The notes under the pieces are model-generated. The model did no database searches, had not been told where the DNA came from, and was given only the letters and a program-made list of their open reading frames with translations. Source: a virus (taxonomy: Duplodnaviria > Caudoviricetes). Taken from it: DNA of 51,169 nt. Numbering within the stretch: the stretch's first letter is position 1; every line of letters starts with the position of its first letter. Location: the IMG/VR virus record IMGVR_UViG_3300010150_000027, positions 1-51,169 of that record, one strand, 5' to 3'. This document shows positions 1 to 9,659 of the stretch, one piece after another. The translations under genes were made by a program, and so were the position numbers.

Positions 1-1
1 T

Positions 2-982
2 AATTCAGATATGGGTCATGGTTATCGTACAATGATGGGTGCTAATTCTGTTACAGAAGCAGGTATGTTTGGTTCAGTAGACGAGGATGGTAATATAGCA
101 GGGCGACCTATCGCTAGAGAATTGTGCGGTGGATTCTTAGGCTTTGAAGAGTTTAGTAGTATGTCTGATGCGTCTAAAAAAGACCACAGCCTAGATATGA
201 AAAACCAATTACTTACATCACTAGATAATGGTAGAGTCAACAAAGCCATGAGAAACGGTTGGGTAAATTACACTACACGCTACACAGTTTGGGCGGGAAC
301 ACAACCTGCTAGGTTTGAATTGGAGTCCGGTCTTGACAGAAGATTCTTTATCATTGATATTGAGATGACACCCGAAAAGGAACAGGCATACAAGAGAGCG
401 CAACACGCACAAGCAAATATGCAGATAGAGGAAAGGTCATCCCTAGCCAATCTCAATATTGAAATTAAGGATTGGATTAGAACGAGACAGGTATATGCTA
501 CACGCAACCCACCGACAGGTGTTTTGTTTGACGATGAAGTGGCTGAATGGATTAACAGACCAGATGTACGTTCTTTTGAGGCAGATTTATTTCGTAGATT
601 ATGTATAGGTTATCACATGATGCAGCCTACTTATGTTGGTGGACAACCACTAATAATTACTCTTGACGATACTCTTAGGGGAATACTAAATCAATCACTA
701 GAGATGAGAAGAAGAGTAATGGATGCAGACCTTGAGTTAATCAAGAGTACGTTTTGGATGAAGGATATATCTAAATCAGTATTGTTGAAAGAGGTTTCCA
801 AGATGGTTACTGCGGGCGATTATCAATCGGCTAAGAGGTGGGTTACAGAAAACCTAGAAGGTCAATCATGGTACGGTGAATACGCACCTAACGTCAAGAG
901 GCGTGGTAGAAAGGGTGTTACCTGTCGTATCGGTACACAACGTCTTGAATCAGATGAAGAAGAACAAAAGTGGGGTATATAG
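2..982 (+). CDS. mcm: MCM-like replicative helicase, C-terminal part (5' end outside window)
   Basis: Frame is open from the window start. Walker-B-like GFLGFEEF, VWAGTQP and the arginine-finger region LESGLDRRF match the MCM AAA+ core. Walker A is not in the window. Confidence 0.7.
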   Translation, partial: NSDMGHGYRTMMGANSVTEAGMFGSVDEDGNIAGRPIARELCGGFLGFEEFSSMSDASKKDHSLDMKNQLLTSLDNGRVNKAMRNGWVNYTTRYTVWAGTQPARFELESGLDRRFFIIDIEMTPEKEQAYKRAQHAQANMQIEERSSLANLNIEIKDWIRTRQVYATRNPPTGVLFDDEVAEWINRPDVRSFEADLFRRLCIGYHMMQPTYVGGQPLIITLDDTLRGILNQSLEMRRRVMDADLELIKSTFWMKDISKSVLLKEVSKMVTAGDYQSAKRWVTENLEGQSWYGEYAPNVKRRGRKGVTCRIGTQRLESDEEEQKWGI

Positions 983-1591
983 ATGAGGACAGCAAGAGAA
1001 ATACAACAAAGACTACACGGTGAAAATGATGCCTTTGCTATCGAGGTTCTTAGGTGGGTTTTAGATGGTGGCTGTCCTATGTGCGACCACAAATCCAAGA
1101 AGGACTACGAATTAGGTATAATGAATGAAGAGTTTAGTGCTACATTCTTAGAAGTAAGGCATAATTGGAATGAAGGTACAGTTATGAATCACATGGATAA
1201 TCATATAGAGTTTGATGCTTTACAGGCGAAGAACATGGAAGAAGATAGACAACAAACTATCTCTACATTAGATGCAGCAGAAGATATTGTTATTAGGATT
1301 CAGAATTACTTAAACGAATTAGAAGTGCAGAAAGAAGCAGCAGGTGGTATATCATCCGAGTTTGTTAGTGATGCGGCAAAACTAATTGGACAGGCTAATT
1401 CTTCTTTGAAATTGGTAGGCCAATTGAAAAAGGAAATAGGCGTAGATTCGCAGTTGATGTTGGCTCAAGCACAGGTCAATGATATGTCGAGAATATTGAT
1501 AGAGGTATTAGGTTCTCACCCACAATTGCTAGACCAAGTAGAATTGAAAATGGCTTTGTTGAAAGAACCTTCGGTGATTATAGATGGCTAA
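983..1591 (+). CDS. Zn-binding (CxxC...HxxxH) helical protein, possible DNA-binding or terminase-small-subunit-like
   Basis: CPMCDH...VMNHMDNH followed by coiled-coil-like helices. ATG directly follows the previous stop. Confidence 0.4.
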   Translation: MRTAREIQQRLHGENDAFAIEVLRWVLDGGCPMCDHKSKKDYELGIMNEEFSATFLEVRHNWNEGTVMNHMDNHIEFDALQAKNMEEDRQQTISTLDAAEDIVIRIQNYLNELEVQKEAAGGISSEFVSDAAKLIGQANSSLKLVGQLKKEIGVDSQLMLAQAQVNDMSRILIEVLGSHPQLLDQVELKMALLKEPSVIIDG

Positions 1592-1832
1592 GAAATGGCG
1601 AAACGAACCTGCTAGAAGGTTAATCAATAGAGCAATCTATGAAAAGGATTTACCTAATTTGATTGAAGCCATGAAAGAAGATAATCTTACGGCAAATATA
1701 ACTCACAACGGTATAGAATGGTATCATGCAGATTATAGGATAACTAAGACTTCTATAATGGAAGTTTGGGGTCTAACCGCAGGACAAATGGAACGTGTGC
1801 AGAATTATGTTTATGGGCATGACCCATTCTAA
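1584..1832 (+). CDS. hypothetical protein (82 aa)
   Basis: GGTGA Shine-Dalgarno (SD) upstream; overlaps the previous stop. Confidence 0.6.
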   Translation: MAKKWRNEPARRLINRAIYEKDLPNLIEAMKEDNLTANITHNGIEWYHADYRITKTSIMEVWGLTAGQMERVQNYVYGHDPF

Positions 1833-1884
1833 CTTTATATAGTAGTATTTGAAAAAAATTGTAGCAAAAAATTATGGTGAGCCT

Positions 1885-2550
1885 ATGGGTATAGTGATAT
1901 TTACAGATGATGACAGTAAGTTTATGGAATCTAAATACATTATGATGATAGGTGAAATTGATACACCGCCTACCGATAAAGATACCACATATATTCTACG
2001 AAGTAATAAGTTTAAGGAAAAAGATGTACTAGAATGGTTGCCTATGATAACAAACCGACTTGTAGTTTGTTGTGATAAACCACCTAAGATAACTAACAAA
2101 AGTGAGGACTATGTTATTGTATCTGATTCTCTTAAGATTAAGGGTAAAAGTAATCACTACTCTCCTATAAATGCCTTGCTAACATGGAAGGACAGAAGAA
2201 GAGTCAATGCGATATTTAGTAAAACCCCTTTGCCTTTGGCTAAGGCATTCTTGAAAGAAAATGACGTAGACATTACAGTATGGCGTAAATTAGCCAAAAC
2301 TGCTATGTTTTTACCGGAAAAGTATGTAAGGGCAATAATGGTTTATGGTATAGAACCTGCTCATAAAAAAACTAAGTTTCCTAAGAAGAAAAAACAGCAA
2401 TACCAACACGAACAAACCCGTTCAAGTGATAAGCATATAGAGGTCATAGTAAAAAACTCTATAACCGTAAGTAATCGTATTAAGGAACAAGGCGGAAACG
2501 TACCTAAAGGTATGAAGAAGTCTAAGGGCTTGATACAAGAATGGTTGTGA
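1885..2550 (+). CDS. hypothetical protein, possibly a degenerate clamp-loader large subunit
   Basis: ATG at 1885 follows GGTGA. LVVCCDKP resembles the RFC ILxCN strand. Lys-rich tail ends GLIQEWL. No Walker A. Confidence 0.35.
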   Translation: MGIVIFTDDDSKFMESKYIMMIGEIDTPPTDKDTTYILRSNKFKEKDVLEWLPMITNRLVVCCDKPPKITNKSEDYVIVSDSLKIKGKSNHYSPINALLTWKDRRRVNAIFSKTPLPLAKAFLKENDVDITVWRKLAKTAMFLPEKYVRAIMVYGIEPAHKKTKFPKKKKQQYQHEQTRSSDKHIEVIVKNSITVSNRIKEQGGNVPKGMKKSKGLIQEWL

Positions 2551-2741
2551 TGTTTATGTTGGGTATTTTGAAACTGTTATTTATGTTGCTGATTTTTTAT
2601 ATTACGTTTTCTTTAGTAGAAAAACTACTACCACCTAATCGTGTAAATATAGACGAAAGTGATATACAATTAGGTGTGAGTACAGAAAATGACGGGTTTT
2701 TTATGGCTGCTATGTATCAAGATATGGGGAATGATTTATAA
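2541..2741 (+). CDS. small membrane protein
   Basis: N-terminal hydrophobic stretch and acidic C-terminus. Confidence 0.5.
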   Translation: MVVMFMLGILKLLFMLLIFYITFSLVEKLLPPNRVNIDESDIQLGVSTENDGFFMAAMYQDMGNDL

Positions 2742-2765
2742 GCACTATGAGGCTTACATTTATAC

Positions 2766-3164
2766 ATGAGTGCTAATAACAAAAGGGTCAGACGAATTAT
2801 CGTGGACATTTTGTGGGAGTACGGTGCTATGACGAAAGAGGGGATGGCTGCTATGTTAAGTAAGACAAAAAACATTAGAACCGTACCTTCACCACACAGT
2901 CTTTCGGCTTTGTTAAGTAAGAATCCACAGATTGTACAAGTAGGTTCTACTAAAGTAGAAAATGCGATAGGTACATCAGCAAATCATTTAGTATATGACA
3001 TTAATAGAAAAATAATACACACAAAGGAAGATATTATGCTTACAAGAAGTCCGACAGTTATGACTCCGGCACAGATGCAAGAAGCACAACAATGTTCTTG
3101 TGGTAAGATAAGAATATTTCCCCCAAATGAAACTCAATGTTTGCATTGTGTTAGGAAAGTATAA
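2766..3164 (+). CDS. winged-helix-like protein with C-terminal Zn ribbon; putative regulator
   Basis: IIVDILWEYGAMTKEGMAAML...SLSALLSKNP pattern; CSCG...CLHC. TTATAA lies 24 nt upstream. Confidence 0.5.
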   Translation: MSANNKRVRRIIVDILWEYGAMTKEGMAAMLSKTKNIRTVPSPHSLSALLSKNPQIVQVGSTKVENAIGTSANHLVYDINRKIIHTKEDIMLTRSPTVMTPAQMQEAQQCSCGKIRIFPPNETQCLHCVRKV

Positions 3165-3182
3165 TAATAAAACACTAGAGGT

Positions 3183-3557
3183 ATGACTATGCAGGGAATA
3201 GAAATGGATGACTTATCCACTATCATAGCAAGTGTCTTTAATGTTGAGAAACCGATAGATTTAGGGGAAATATTAACCACACAAAATATGAACGAGGCTC
3301 AATACATGAGGTTTGTTCTTTGTCTCGCTACCGATGTAGATTACGAATTAGGGGATGACGAAGTAATAGATGATATGATTAATACTCTTCCCGAAAAAGT
3401 AAGTACAGAATACCTAAAAGGTATTATGGTAGGATTACTTCTATCCCTAGAAGCAGAAGCGAGAACAGGCGGCCAATTAGGTTTCAGACCTGCACACGCA
3501 GAAATTATGAGTTTATTCCAATCAGCAGAAGCGTTAATTTATGAGAGACAGGTGTAA
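3183..3557 (+). CDS. hypothetical acidic protein
   Basis: 124-aa ORF in the same-strand gene run; exact start uncertain. Confidence 0.6.
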   Translation: MTMQGIEMDDLSTIIASVFNVEKPIDLGEILTTQNMNEAQYMRFVLCLATDVDYELGDDEVIDDMINTLPEKVSTEYLKGIMVGLLLSLEAEARTGGQLGFRPAHAEIMSLFQSAEALIYERQV

Positions 3558-3586
3558 ATATGACGCTTGCGATACATAACATAAAG

Positions 3587-3599
3587 TATATAACCGTAG
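3587..3599 (+). promoter_or_regulatory. class I promoter motif TATATAACCGTAG
   Basis: Repeated motif; ATATAA ends 23 nt before ATG 3617. Confidence 0.7.
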
Positions 3600-3616
3600 A
3601 AAAATGAGGTAATAAT

Positions 3617-3766
3617 ATGGGAGAAACAGACTGCGACCCTAACCACCATGAGTTTGACTTTGTTAGAATCAAGGGTAGTATGAGGGGAGATAGAATGTTA
3701 GTATATGGTACTTGTAGAGTATGTGGGATGCAAACAGCATTACACGGCACTATGGGTCTTTATTAA
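3617..3766 (+). CDS. small Zn-binding protein (49 aa; not in ORF track)
   Basis: MGETDCDPNHHEF...CRVCG...MGLY*. Preceded by the promoter motif and GAGGT. Confidence 0.65.
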   Translation: MGETDCDPNHHEFDFVRIKGSMRGDRMLVYGTCRVCGMQTALHGTMGLY

Positions 3767-3990
3767 ATCTCAAGTTGGCGAGGCTAGATAAACAGGTGCT
3801 AGTCCAAAACCATAACCGATATGCACAGATAGTTGCAGACCAATTGGATTAAAGGAAGGAGTAAAGACACGAAGATTAAGAGTCTCACGTTCTGATAAAC
3901 GAGCCTTGAAACATAACGGAGAGCCGTTCTGATAATACATAGAGCATTAACAAGTTGGATAAGCCAATAAAAAACTAAGGAGAAAATAAC

Positions 3991-4881
3991 ATGACAATAT
4001 GGGCTACTCAATACAGACCTACTCTTAGTGAGATAGTAGGCCAAAACGAAGTTATTAATGAGATAACTTCTTTACAACACTTTATCTTTTATAGCCCACA
4101 AGCAGGTACAGGCAAAACTAGCCTTGCTTTGGCTATGGCTAAGGATTTGGGTTGGCCTATTCATGTATTCAATGCTAGTAGTAAAAAGACTAGAGGTATT
4201 GATTTCGTAGAAGAAGAGTTATTACCCATGTCTAGGACAGGCAACACAAACCAATTCTTTCTTCTCGATGAAGCAGACCAATTAACACCTGCCGCACAAT
4301 CAGCATTAAAGGGTGTTATAGAAAACTCACAGGGTTATTTTATCCTTACTTGTAATGATTTGAGTAAGGTTAGCAAGTGGCTACAATCTAGGTGTAGAGT
4401 TTTAAGGTTCAATCCAATTTCTAAGGAACACATAGTAAAAAGATTATCTATGATAGCAGGTAAAACAGGTACGGTTATTACAGAAGGTCAATTGAATCTG
4501 ATTGCTGATGCACATGAAGGAGACTTAAGAAATAGTATCAATGCTTTACAGGCATTTTCTGTTCACCCCGAACCGGAAGGGTTCATCAACGGCCTTGTTT
4601 CACAGGGTCTTGACGCTAAACATTTTCTCACGTTATGTTTCCGTGAGAATGATTATAATTTAGCCTTAAAAGAAACATACGGAATACCGCCTAGAGAAGT
4701 GGTAAAAACAGTATTCGACTACGCTATTACATCTACCGCAAAAGTAGATAGTATAATGCGTATCGTAGATGCCGCAGCAATAACCGAAAGGGATTTGATA
4801 CACGGTGTCGAGGAAAATATAGCCATAGCAAACTTTGTCCGTTTGTGTATGGAAGGATATACAAAAACTTTATATCCGTAA
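3991..4881 (+). CDS. rfcS: replication factor C small subunit (clamp loader)
   Basis: WATQYRP, Walker A AGTGKTS, FNAS, Walker B LLDEAD, ILTCN, SRC motif, GDLR. Confidence 0.95.
   Translation: MTIWATQYRPTLSEIVGQNEVINEITSLQHFIFYSPQAGTGKTSLALAMAKDLGWPIHVFNASSKKTRGIDFVEEELLPMSRTGNTNQFFLLDEADQLTPAAQSALKGVIENSQGYFILTCNDLSKVSKWLQSRCRVLRFNPISKEHIVKRLSMIAGKTGTVITEGQLNLIADAHEGDLRNSINALQAFSVHPEPEGFINGLVSQGLDAKHFLTLCFRENDYNLALKETYGIPPREVVKTVFDYAITSTAKVDSIMRIVDAAAITERDLIHGVEENIAIANFVRLCMEGYTKTLYP
4869..4881 (+). promoter_or_regulatory. class I promoter variant TTTATATCCGTAA
   Basis: Variant of the repeated motif, followed by GAAAAT as in other copies; upstream of ATG 4919. Confidence 0.55.
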
Positions 4882-4918
4882 GAAAATAGGACTAGAAATA
4901 CAAACAGAGGAAACCAAT

Positions 4919-6103
4919 ATGGATGACACGATGATAAATAATGTAGCAAAAACAGTAAATGTGGCCGCAGATACCCTGCGTAGTAAGGCTGAATCAGTCT
5001 TAGCAGAACAGGGTGCGGCTTGGAAAAACGCAGGTAAGTCTGATGACGACTGCGGTATTCTTGCACTAAGAGTAGCAGCAAGAATGATTAGTACGGAAAA
5101 TGCGAGACTATCTCGTTCCGGCGCAACAAAGTATGAAGGTATGTTCATTTCAGTACCACGCCCTAAAGAATGGGGTAAAATACTATACAATAAAATGTCC
5201 GGTCAATTAAAAACCGCTACAGAAGATGTACGAAACGTATTGGTTGAATCCGGTGCGGTTGTTCTCTTTGAGAATAACCATGATGGTACTTATACAAGAC
5301 ACGCTAGAGAAGATTTCTACGGTGTAGAGACTGCTGACGTATCAGAATTACCACGACATACACAAAAACTAGATGAGAATACACACTTCTTCGTAGTATG
5401 GGATAAGAATAACAAGACTTTCCCATCCGGTGATGCTAACTTTAAGTATGGCCGACCTAGACCACAAGACGAAAGAGAAAGGACTTCTCTATTCTTTGGT
5501 CGCAAACAAGGTACTAATGATGAGTTAAAACTACTTACTGTTAAGGCAACACAAAAAGGTGCAGATGTGCAATACCCTACTTTTACGACAGGTACTATTG
5601 CATTAAGACCTGCTGCTAACGGTACTACTGCTTACGCTAAGGATGGAGTTTCCATCTTTGTATCTGACCCATCTTTATCAAGTATCTTTTCAGCAGACCC
5701 ATTGACACTTGTACCACAGATTATCGGTCAAGAGAATATGATTTCCGGTTTGGACAAACTAGGACAATACTACGACACACATAATGGAAATGCAGGTTGG
5801 TGGGATAGAACCCTCGCTACTGTAGCAGAAGTTATACACATAGACCCTAGAGATAATGGCGGATATGTTCTAGTATGTGCTGATTTAGATATTTCTTCTA
5901 CGGCAGCAACCGTAGATGTTTATATTCCAAGTGAACAAGATTCACTTGTGGACTTCGCTGTTGGTACTAAAGTACTACTTCACGGTCAGGCATGGCGAAC
6001 AAAAGAAGGAGAGGACAGAATGTCTATCTCCGGTTGGTATGCCTTTGACAGAATAGCAGTCATGGATGAAGTAGTTTCTACTAACGATGGGTGGGATGAG
6101 TGA
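4919..6103 (+). CDS. putative ssDNA-binding protein (RPA-like, OB fold)
   Basis: Start at ATG 4919 after GAGG. OB-like C-terminus VGTKVLLHGQAWRTKEGEDRMSISG, acidic tail, replication context. Confidence 0.5.
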   Translation: MDDTMINNVAKTVNVAADTLRSKAESVLAEQGAAWKNAGKSDDDCGILALRVAARMISTENARLSRSGATKYEGMFISVPRPKEWGKILYNKMSGQLKTATEDVRNVLVESGAVVLFENNHDGTYTRHAREDFYGVETADVSELPRHTQKLDENTHFFVVWDKNNKTFPSGDANFKYGRPRPQDERERTSLFFGRKQGTNDELKLLTVKATQKGADVQYPTFTTGTIALRPAANGTTAYAKDGVSIFVSDPSLSSIFSADPLTLVPQIIGQENMISGLDKLGQYYDTHNGNAGWWDRTLATVAEVIHIDPRDNGGYVLVCADLDISSTAATVDVYIPSEQDSLVDFAVGTKVLLHGQAWRTKEGEDRMSISGWYAFDRIAVMDEVVSTNDGWDE

Positions 6104-6318
6104 AGGCATTCGGTCATTACGTCTTTCTCCATAACACCATACAGGAAACTGTCGGTGGACTCATTCTTGAAGGCCATCTACAAGTCCTATCCGTAGGCGG
6201 TTTAGTACCTCTTCACATAGAAGAGGGCTATTCCGTCATGGTGGATGACACAAAGGTTATTCCTTTTGACAATGAAGTTAGTGCTATACATTGGGAACAC
6301 ATACTAGGATATTATTGA
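6100..6318 (+). CDS. groES: GroES-like co-chaperonin (short)
   Basis: KAFGHYVFL...ETVGGLIL...VLSVG...HILG aligns by eye with GroES; lies directly upstream of groEL. Confidence 0.75.
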   Translation: MKAFGHYVFLHNTIQETVGGLILEGHLQVLSVGGLVPLHIEEGYSVMVDDTKVIPFDNEVSAIHWEHILGYY

Positions 6319-6327
6319 GGTATAAAT

Positions 6328-7845
6328 ATGGAAAATATATTACATGGAGAAGAAGCAAGAGACAAATTACTCTTAGGGGTAAACAAAGTCGCTAATGCAA
6401 TCAAAGGTACATTAGGTGCAAATGCAGGTACAGTAATAATACAGAACCCTGCGGGGCTACCTTTAATCCTTAATGATGGTGTATCTATCACTAAGTCTAT
6501 TACCGACCCCGACCCTTATATTCAGATGGGAATTAATCTCATGCAGGAAGTCGCTCACGAAGCACAAAGTAAATCGGGAGATGGTACTACTACTGCTACT
6601 ATCTTAGCACAGGCATTATGTAATACGATGGCTGATGATGATACAGATAATATTAAGATAAAAGAAACTCTTACTACTATGTGTAAGTATATAGTAGATG
6701 AATTAAAAGAGATGGCTACTGATGTTAATACTGATGACTTATTAGATGTATGTATTGTAGCATCTAATAATGATGTAGAATTAGGTAGATTGATACACCA
6801 AGCACTTTTGGCTGTAGGTGAAGAAGGTAATGTGATAATAGAAAGCAATTCTGATAGCACTACTACGTGGTCTTTAACCGAAGGACTTGTTATGGATAGT
6901 GGGTATGTAAATAAACTGATGGCTAATGCAGATAGAGAGAAGTGTATTTACGATAATGCCTCTATACTTTTAACGCAAGAAAAAATAGAGACTTTCAATC
7001 ATATAGTCCCTGCACTAGAATTATCTATGAAAGCAGGTAAGCCTTTAGTGATAGTTTGCCATGATTATAACCCAAGCATACTACCTAACTTACTTGTTAA
7101 TATTATGCAAGGTAAATTAAATGTCTGTATAGTTAAGACGGCAGGTTTCGGTGATACTCAAGACCATTGGCTTCAAGATATAGAAGCGAAATGTGGTGGT
7201 AAAGTATTCAATTCATTTGACAGTATTATTAAGGTAAAAGAAAATGAGTTAGGTATTTGTGATAAAGTAGAGATAACTTCTACTACATCTACATTCATTA
7301 AAGACGGTGTTGATGAGGATTACATAGGTAATCTTACCTCAATACTAACTCAAGTAGAAACTGATTTTGAGCGTGAGATAGTAGAGAATAGAATTGCTAG
7401 ACTCACTTCGGGTATCGCATCTATTAAAGTAGGTGGGATTACCGACATAGAACAAAGAGAACGTAGAGAACGTGTAGACGATGCTGTCAATGCCGCCACT
7501 CTTGCTAGAAAGCAGGGAGTGGTATGTGGTGGTGGTGTAGCACTTAAGGATATTTGGTGGAAAACTCTACCACTACATGATAAGATGGATGGTAAAATAT
7601 ACTTTGATGCAATCCTAGCACCTATCAAACAGATTTTATCTAATAGCGGTGAGCCTATGAAAAATCTTGCTTACGTTAAATCAAAAGGCGAAGGTTATAA
7701 CGCAGTTTCAAGAAAATATCAAAACTTGAGATTTCATGGTATTATTGACCCTGTTGGTGTAAGTATCAACGCTGTCGAATCCGCTTTCTCTATCGCTATA
7801 CTACTACTTACTACTGATTGTGCTATAATTGCACCACAGGAGTAA
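6328..7845 (+). CDS. groEL: group I chaperonin GroEL
   Basis: NDGVSI, GDGTTTATILAQA, KPLVIV, AGFGD, RIARLTSGIASIKVGG, GGGVAL, GIIDP. Confidence 0.95.
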   Translation: MENILHGEEARDKLLLGVNKVANAIKGTLGANAGTVIIQNPAGLPLILNDGVSITKSITDPDPYIQMGINLMQEVAHEAQSKSGDGTTTATILAQALCNTMADDDTDNIKIKETLTTMCKYIVDELKEMATDVNTDDLLDVCIVASNNDVELGRLIHQALLAVGEEGNVIIESNSDSTTTWSLTEGLVMDSGYVNKLMANADREKCIYDNASILLTQEKIETFNHIVPALELSMKAGKPLVIVCHDYNPSILPNLLVNIMQGKLNVCIVKTAGFGDTQDHWLQDIEAKCGGKVFNSFDSIIKVKENELGICDKVEITSTTSTFIKDGVDEDYIGNLTSILTQVETDFEREIVENRIARLTSGIASIKVGGITDIEQRERRERVDDAVNAATLARKQGVVCGGGVALKDIWWKTLPLHDKMDGKIYFDAILAPIKQILSNSGEPMKNLAYVKSKGEGYNAVSRKYQNLRFHGIIDPVGVSINAVESAFSIAILLLTTDCAIIAPQE

Positions 7846-7847
7846 AC

Positions 7848-7860
7848 TATATAACCGTAA
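7848..7860 (+). promoter_or_regulatory. class I promoter motif TATATAACCGTAA
   Basis: Exact motif copy; 23 nt to ATG 7878. Confidence 0.7.
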
Positions 7861-7877
7861 GAAAATGAGGTATTAAT

Positions 7878-8822
7878 ATGACATGGGGAACACAAGCACC
7901 ACAAACAACTAAGACGACAGAAGCACCACAAGGAGTGGTGTATAACGAAGAATACTACCGTAATATCTTTAAGAATAACAAATCACAATCTGTTGATTTG
8001 CGTATGGGATTGGTAGGTTGGGAAAACACCGCTAAGACAGGACTAGCACTATCTATGATGGATGCAGAAATCAGAGCAGGTAAAAAGGTAGCAGTATTTG
8101 ATGTAGATAATTCAGCAAAGTCTACCGTAGATTATATCTACCCCGATGCAGAAAATATTATGGTAATACCACTACATGATGAAACAGATGATTCTATCTT
8201 TGATGCAGATAACAATGTAGATTACAAAGCATTGGTTGATAAGACTAATTGGTTTGTTAATATTCTAGCAGAAGAGGTAGCAGCCAACCCTGATGATTGG
8301 GCGGGCGTAGTATTCGATGGTGGTTCAACGTTCCTAAAATGGTGTGAACACGCTATGAGAGCATCACTACTAAGTCGTGGTATCATTGAAACAGAAGATG
8401 GTACTTTTAACCAAAAAGAATGGCGAGAACGTAATCGTATGAACAGAAATGTTCTAACTAGGATTCACGCTTTACCTGTACCTAAAGTATTCTTTACCTT
8501 CCACCTAAAACCTGTACAGCAGTATATGGATGACGGCACAGGTAAGAAAGTACTAATGACAGTCGGTGATAGACCCGATTGGGATAAAGGTACTATGCGT
8601 AAGTTTTCGCAACAGATTTTCCTAAATAGATACATGAAAAAGGCAGACGTAGCCGCAGGTGTTAAGGGCGATAAAACCTTAGCCGATGGTGAGTGGGCTA
8701 TCAAAGGTACTATTGAGGAAATGAAAGGTAAGAACATGGAGTATGTAGGTACAACACATACTATTTTGACGGTGAAAAGCGGGAAGGTAGAGTGGACAGG
8801 ACTACCTTTCTTGAATGAGTGA
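7878..8822 (+). CDS. P-loop ATPase, RecA-fold/Sak4-like recombination protein
   Basis: Variant Walker A GWENTAKT, VAVFDVD, Walker B VVFDG, KVFFTFH. Confidence 0.65.
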   Translation: MTWGTQAPQTTKTTEAPQGVVYNEEYYRNIFKNNKSQSVDLRMGLVGWENTAKTGLALSMMDAEIRAGKKVAVFDVDNSAKSTVDYIYPDAENIMVIPLHDETDDSIFDADNNVDYKALVDKTNWFVNILAEEVAANPDDWAGVVFDGGSTFLKWCEHAMRASLLSRGIIETEDGTFNQKEWRERNRMNRNVLTRIHALPVPKVFFTFHLKPVQQYMDDGTGKKVLMTVGDRPDWDKGTMRKFSQQIFLNRYMKKADVAAGVKGDKTLADGEWAIKGTIEEMKGKNMEYVGTTHTILTVKSGKVEWTGLPFLNE

Positions 8823-8831
8823 GGTGATAAT

Positions 8832-9659
8832 ATGCAATCTATCGTAGATACACAATCGTTGATATGGTTGCTAAGGTGTACACAACGTAGACAAACCATT
8901 TCCGGTAAAAATATACCACAAGTTTCGGCTTGTATGTTGAATGCCGTAGGTGGTAGAATGTCTACTTGTTCTCTCACTAAAGATGGTGTATCATCTGTAG
9001 GTATCTTCTCGATACCATCTACAGGAGAAGCCAAAATACCTGTTAGCGACATAGAGACTATGTTGGGAATACTAAAGTATCATGGAAATGCTTTGACCTT
9101 AACTTATGATAATGATAAGTTAAAACTAAAGTCTAAGTACAAGCAAACAACGCTTACTGCTTCCGAGAATGCTTTGGCTTTCCCACATAGTCCTACCACA
9201 TTGAATGAGTGGTCTAATACATCAATAACATTTGCCGCAAAACTAAATGTAGGTAATGAAATAGGGTATACTATGAATGATGGTAGTATCTTACAACCTG
9301 CTTGTTCTTGGGAATCAATAGATGCAGTACGTTTATTTGAAGCAGTTAGGTGTGATGAAATGAACGGACAAAAATTAAACACATTCACTTTTAAGGGAGA
9401 TGAAAACGGACTTAGTGTTGTCGTTGGTAAGGAATTAAAAGGTAGAACAGAATATGAGTTGGATAGGAGAAGCACACAATGGCCTTTTACGGCTACCTAT
9501 CAAGGTGGTTTCAATAATCTATTTGCTAACATTAACGGTAAAATAAACTTATACTTTTTTGATTTTACACAATGGGAACAAGGCGTTAAGTTGCTTATAA
9601 CTTTAGGTGATGGAGACTTTATTTTCCAATCAGCACTACTAGGAGATGAATATATATGA
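8832..9659 (+). CDS. putative divergent sliding clamp (PCNA-like)
   Basis: 275 aa with an alternating beta/alpha pattern; sits near PolB in a genome that has RFC. No diagnostic motif. Confidence 0.5.
   Translation: MQSIVDTQSLIWLLRCTQRRQTISGKNIPQVSACMLNAVGGRMSTCSLTKDGVSSVGIFSIPSTGEAKIPVSDIETMLGILKYHGNALTLTYDNDKLKLKSKYKQTTLTASENALAFPHSPTTLNEWSNTSITFAAKLNVGNEIGYTMNDGSILQPACSWESIDAVRLFEAVRCDEMNGQKLNTFTFKGDENGLSVVVGKELKGRTEYELDRRSTQWPFTATYQGGFNNLFANINGKINLYFFDFTQWEQGVKLLITLGDGDFIFQSALLGDEYI

Noticed and set aside
3888-3912. Hammerhead-like CTGATAA...GAAAC
   Set aside because: The core needs CUGANGA. The G8 position is A here, and I could not build the required stems.
3767-3990. tRNA gene in the gap
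   Set aside because: No T-loop GTTCRA consensus and no cloverleaf. No tRNA or rRNA was recognised anywhere in the window.
4835-4918. ORF-track upstream starts (4835, and likewise 1849, 12689, 13738, 14654, 33483)
   Set aside because: Most overlap neighbouring genes. Downstream ATGs with SD motifs or promoter spacing fit better.
8465-9052. 195-aa minus-strand ORF, and similar antisense ORFs at 24045-24605, 45317-45928 and 50378-50755
   Set aside because: Each lies fully opposite well-supported genes and has no motifs.
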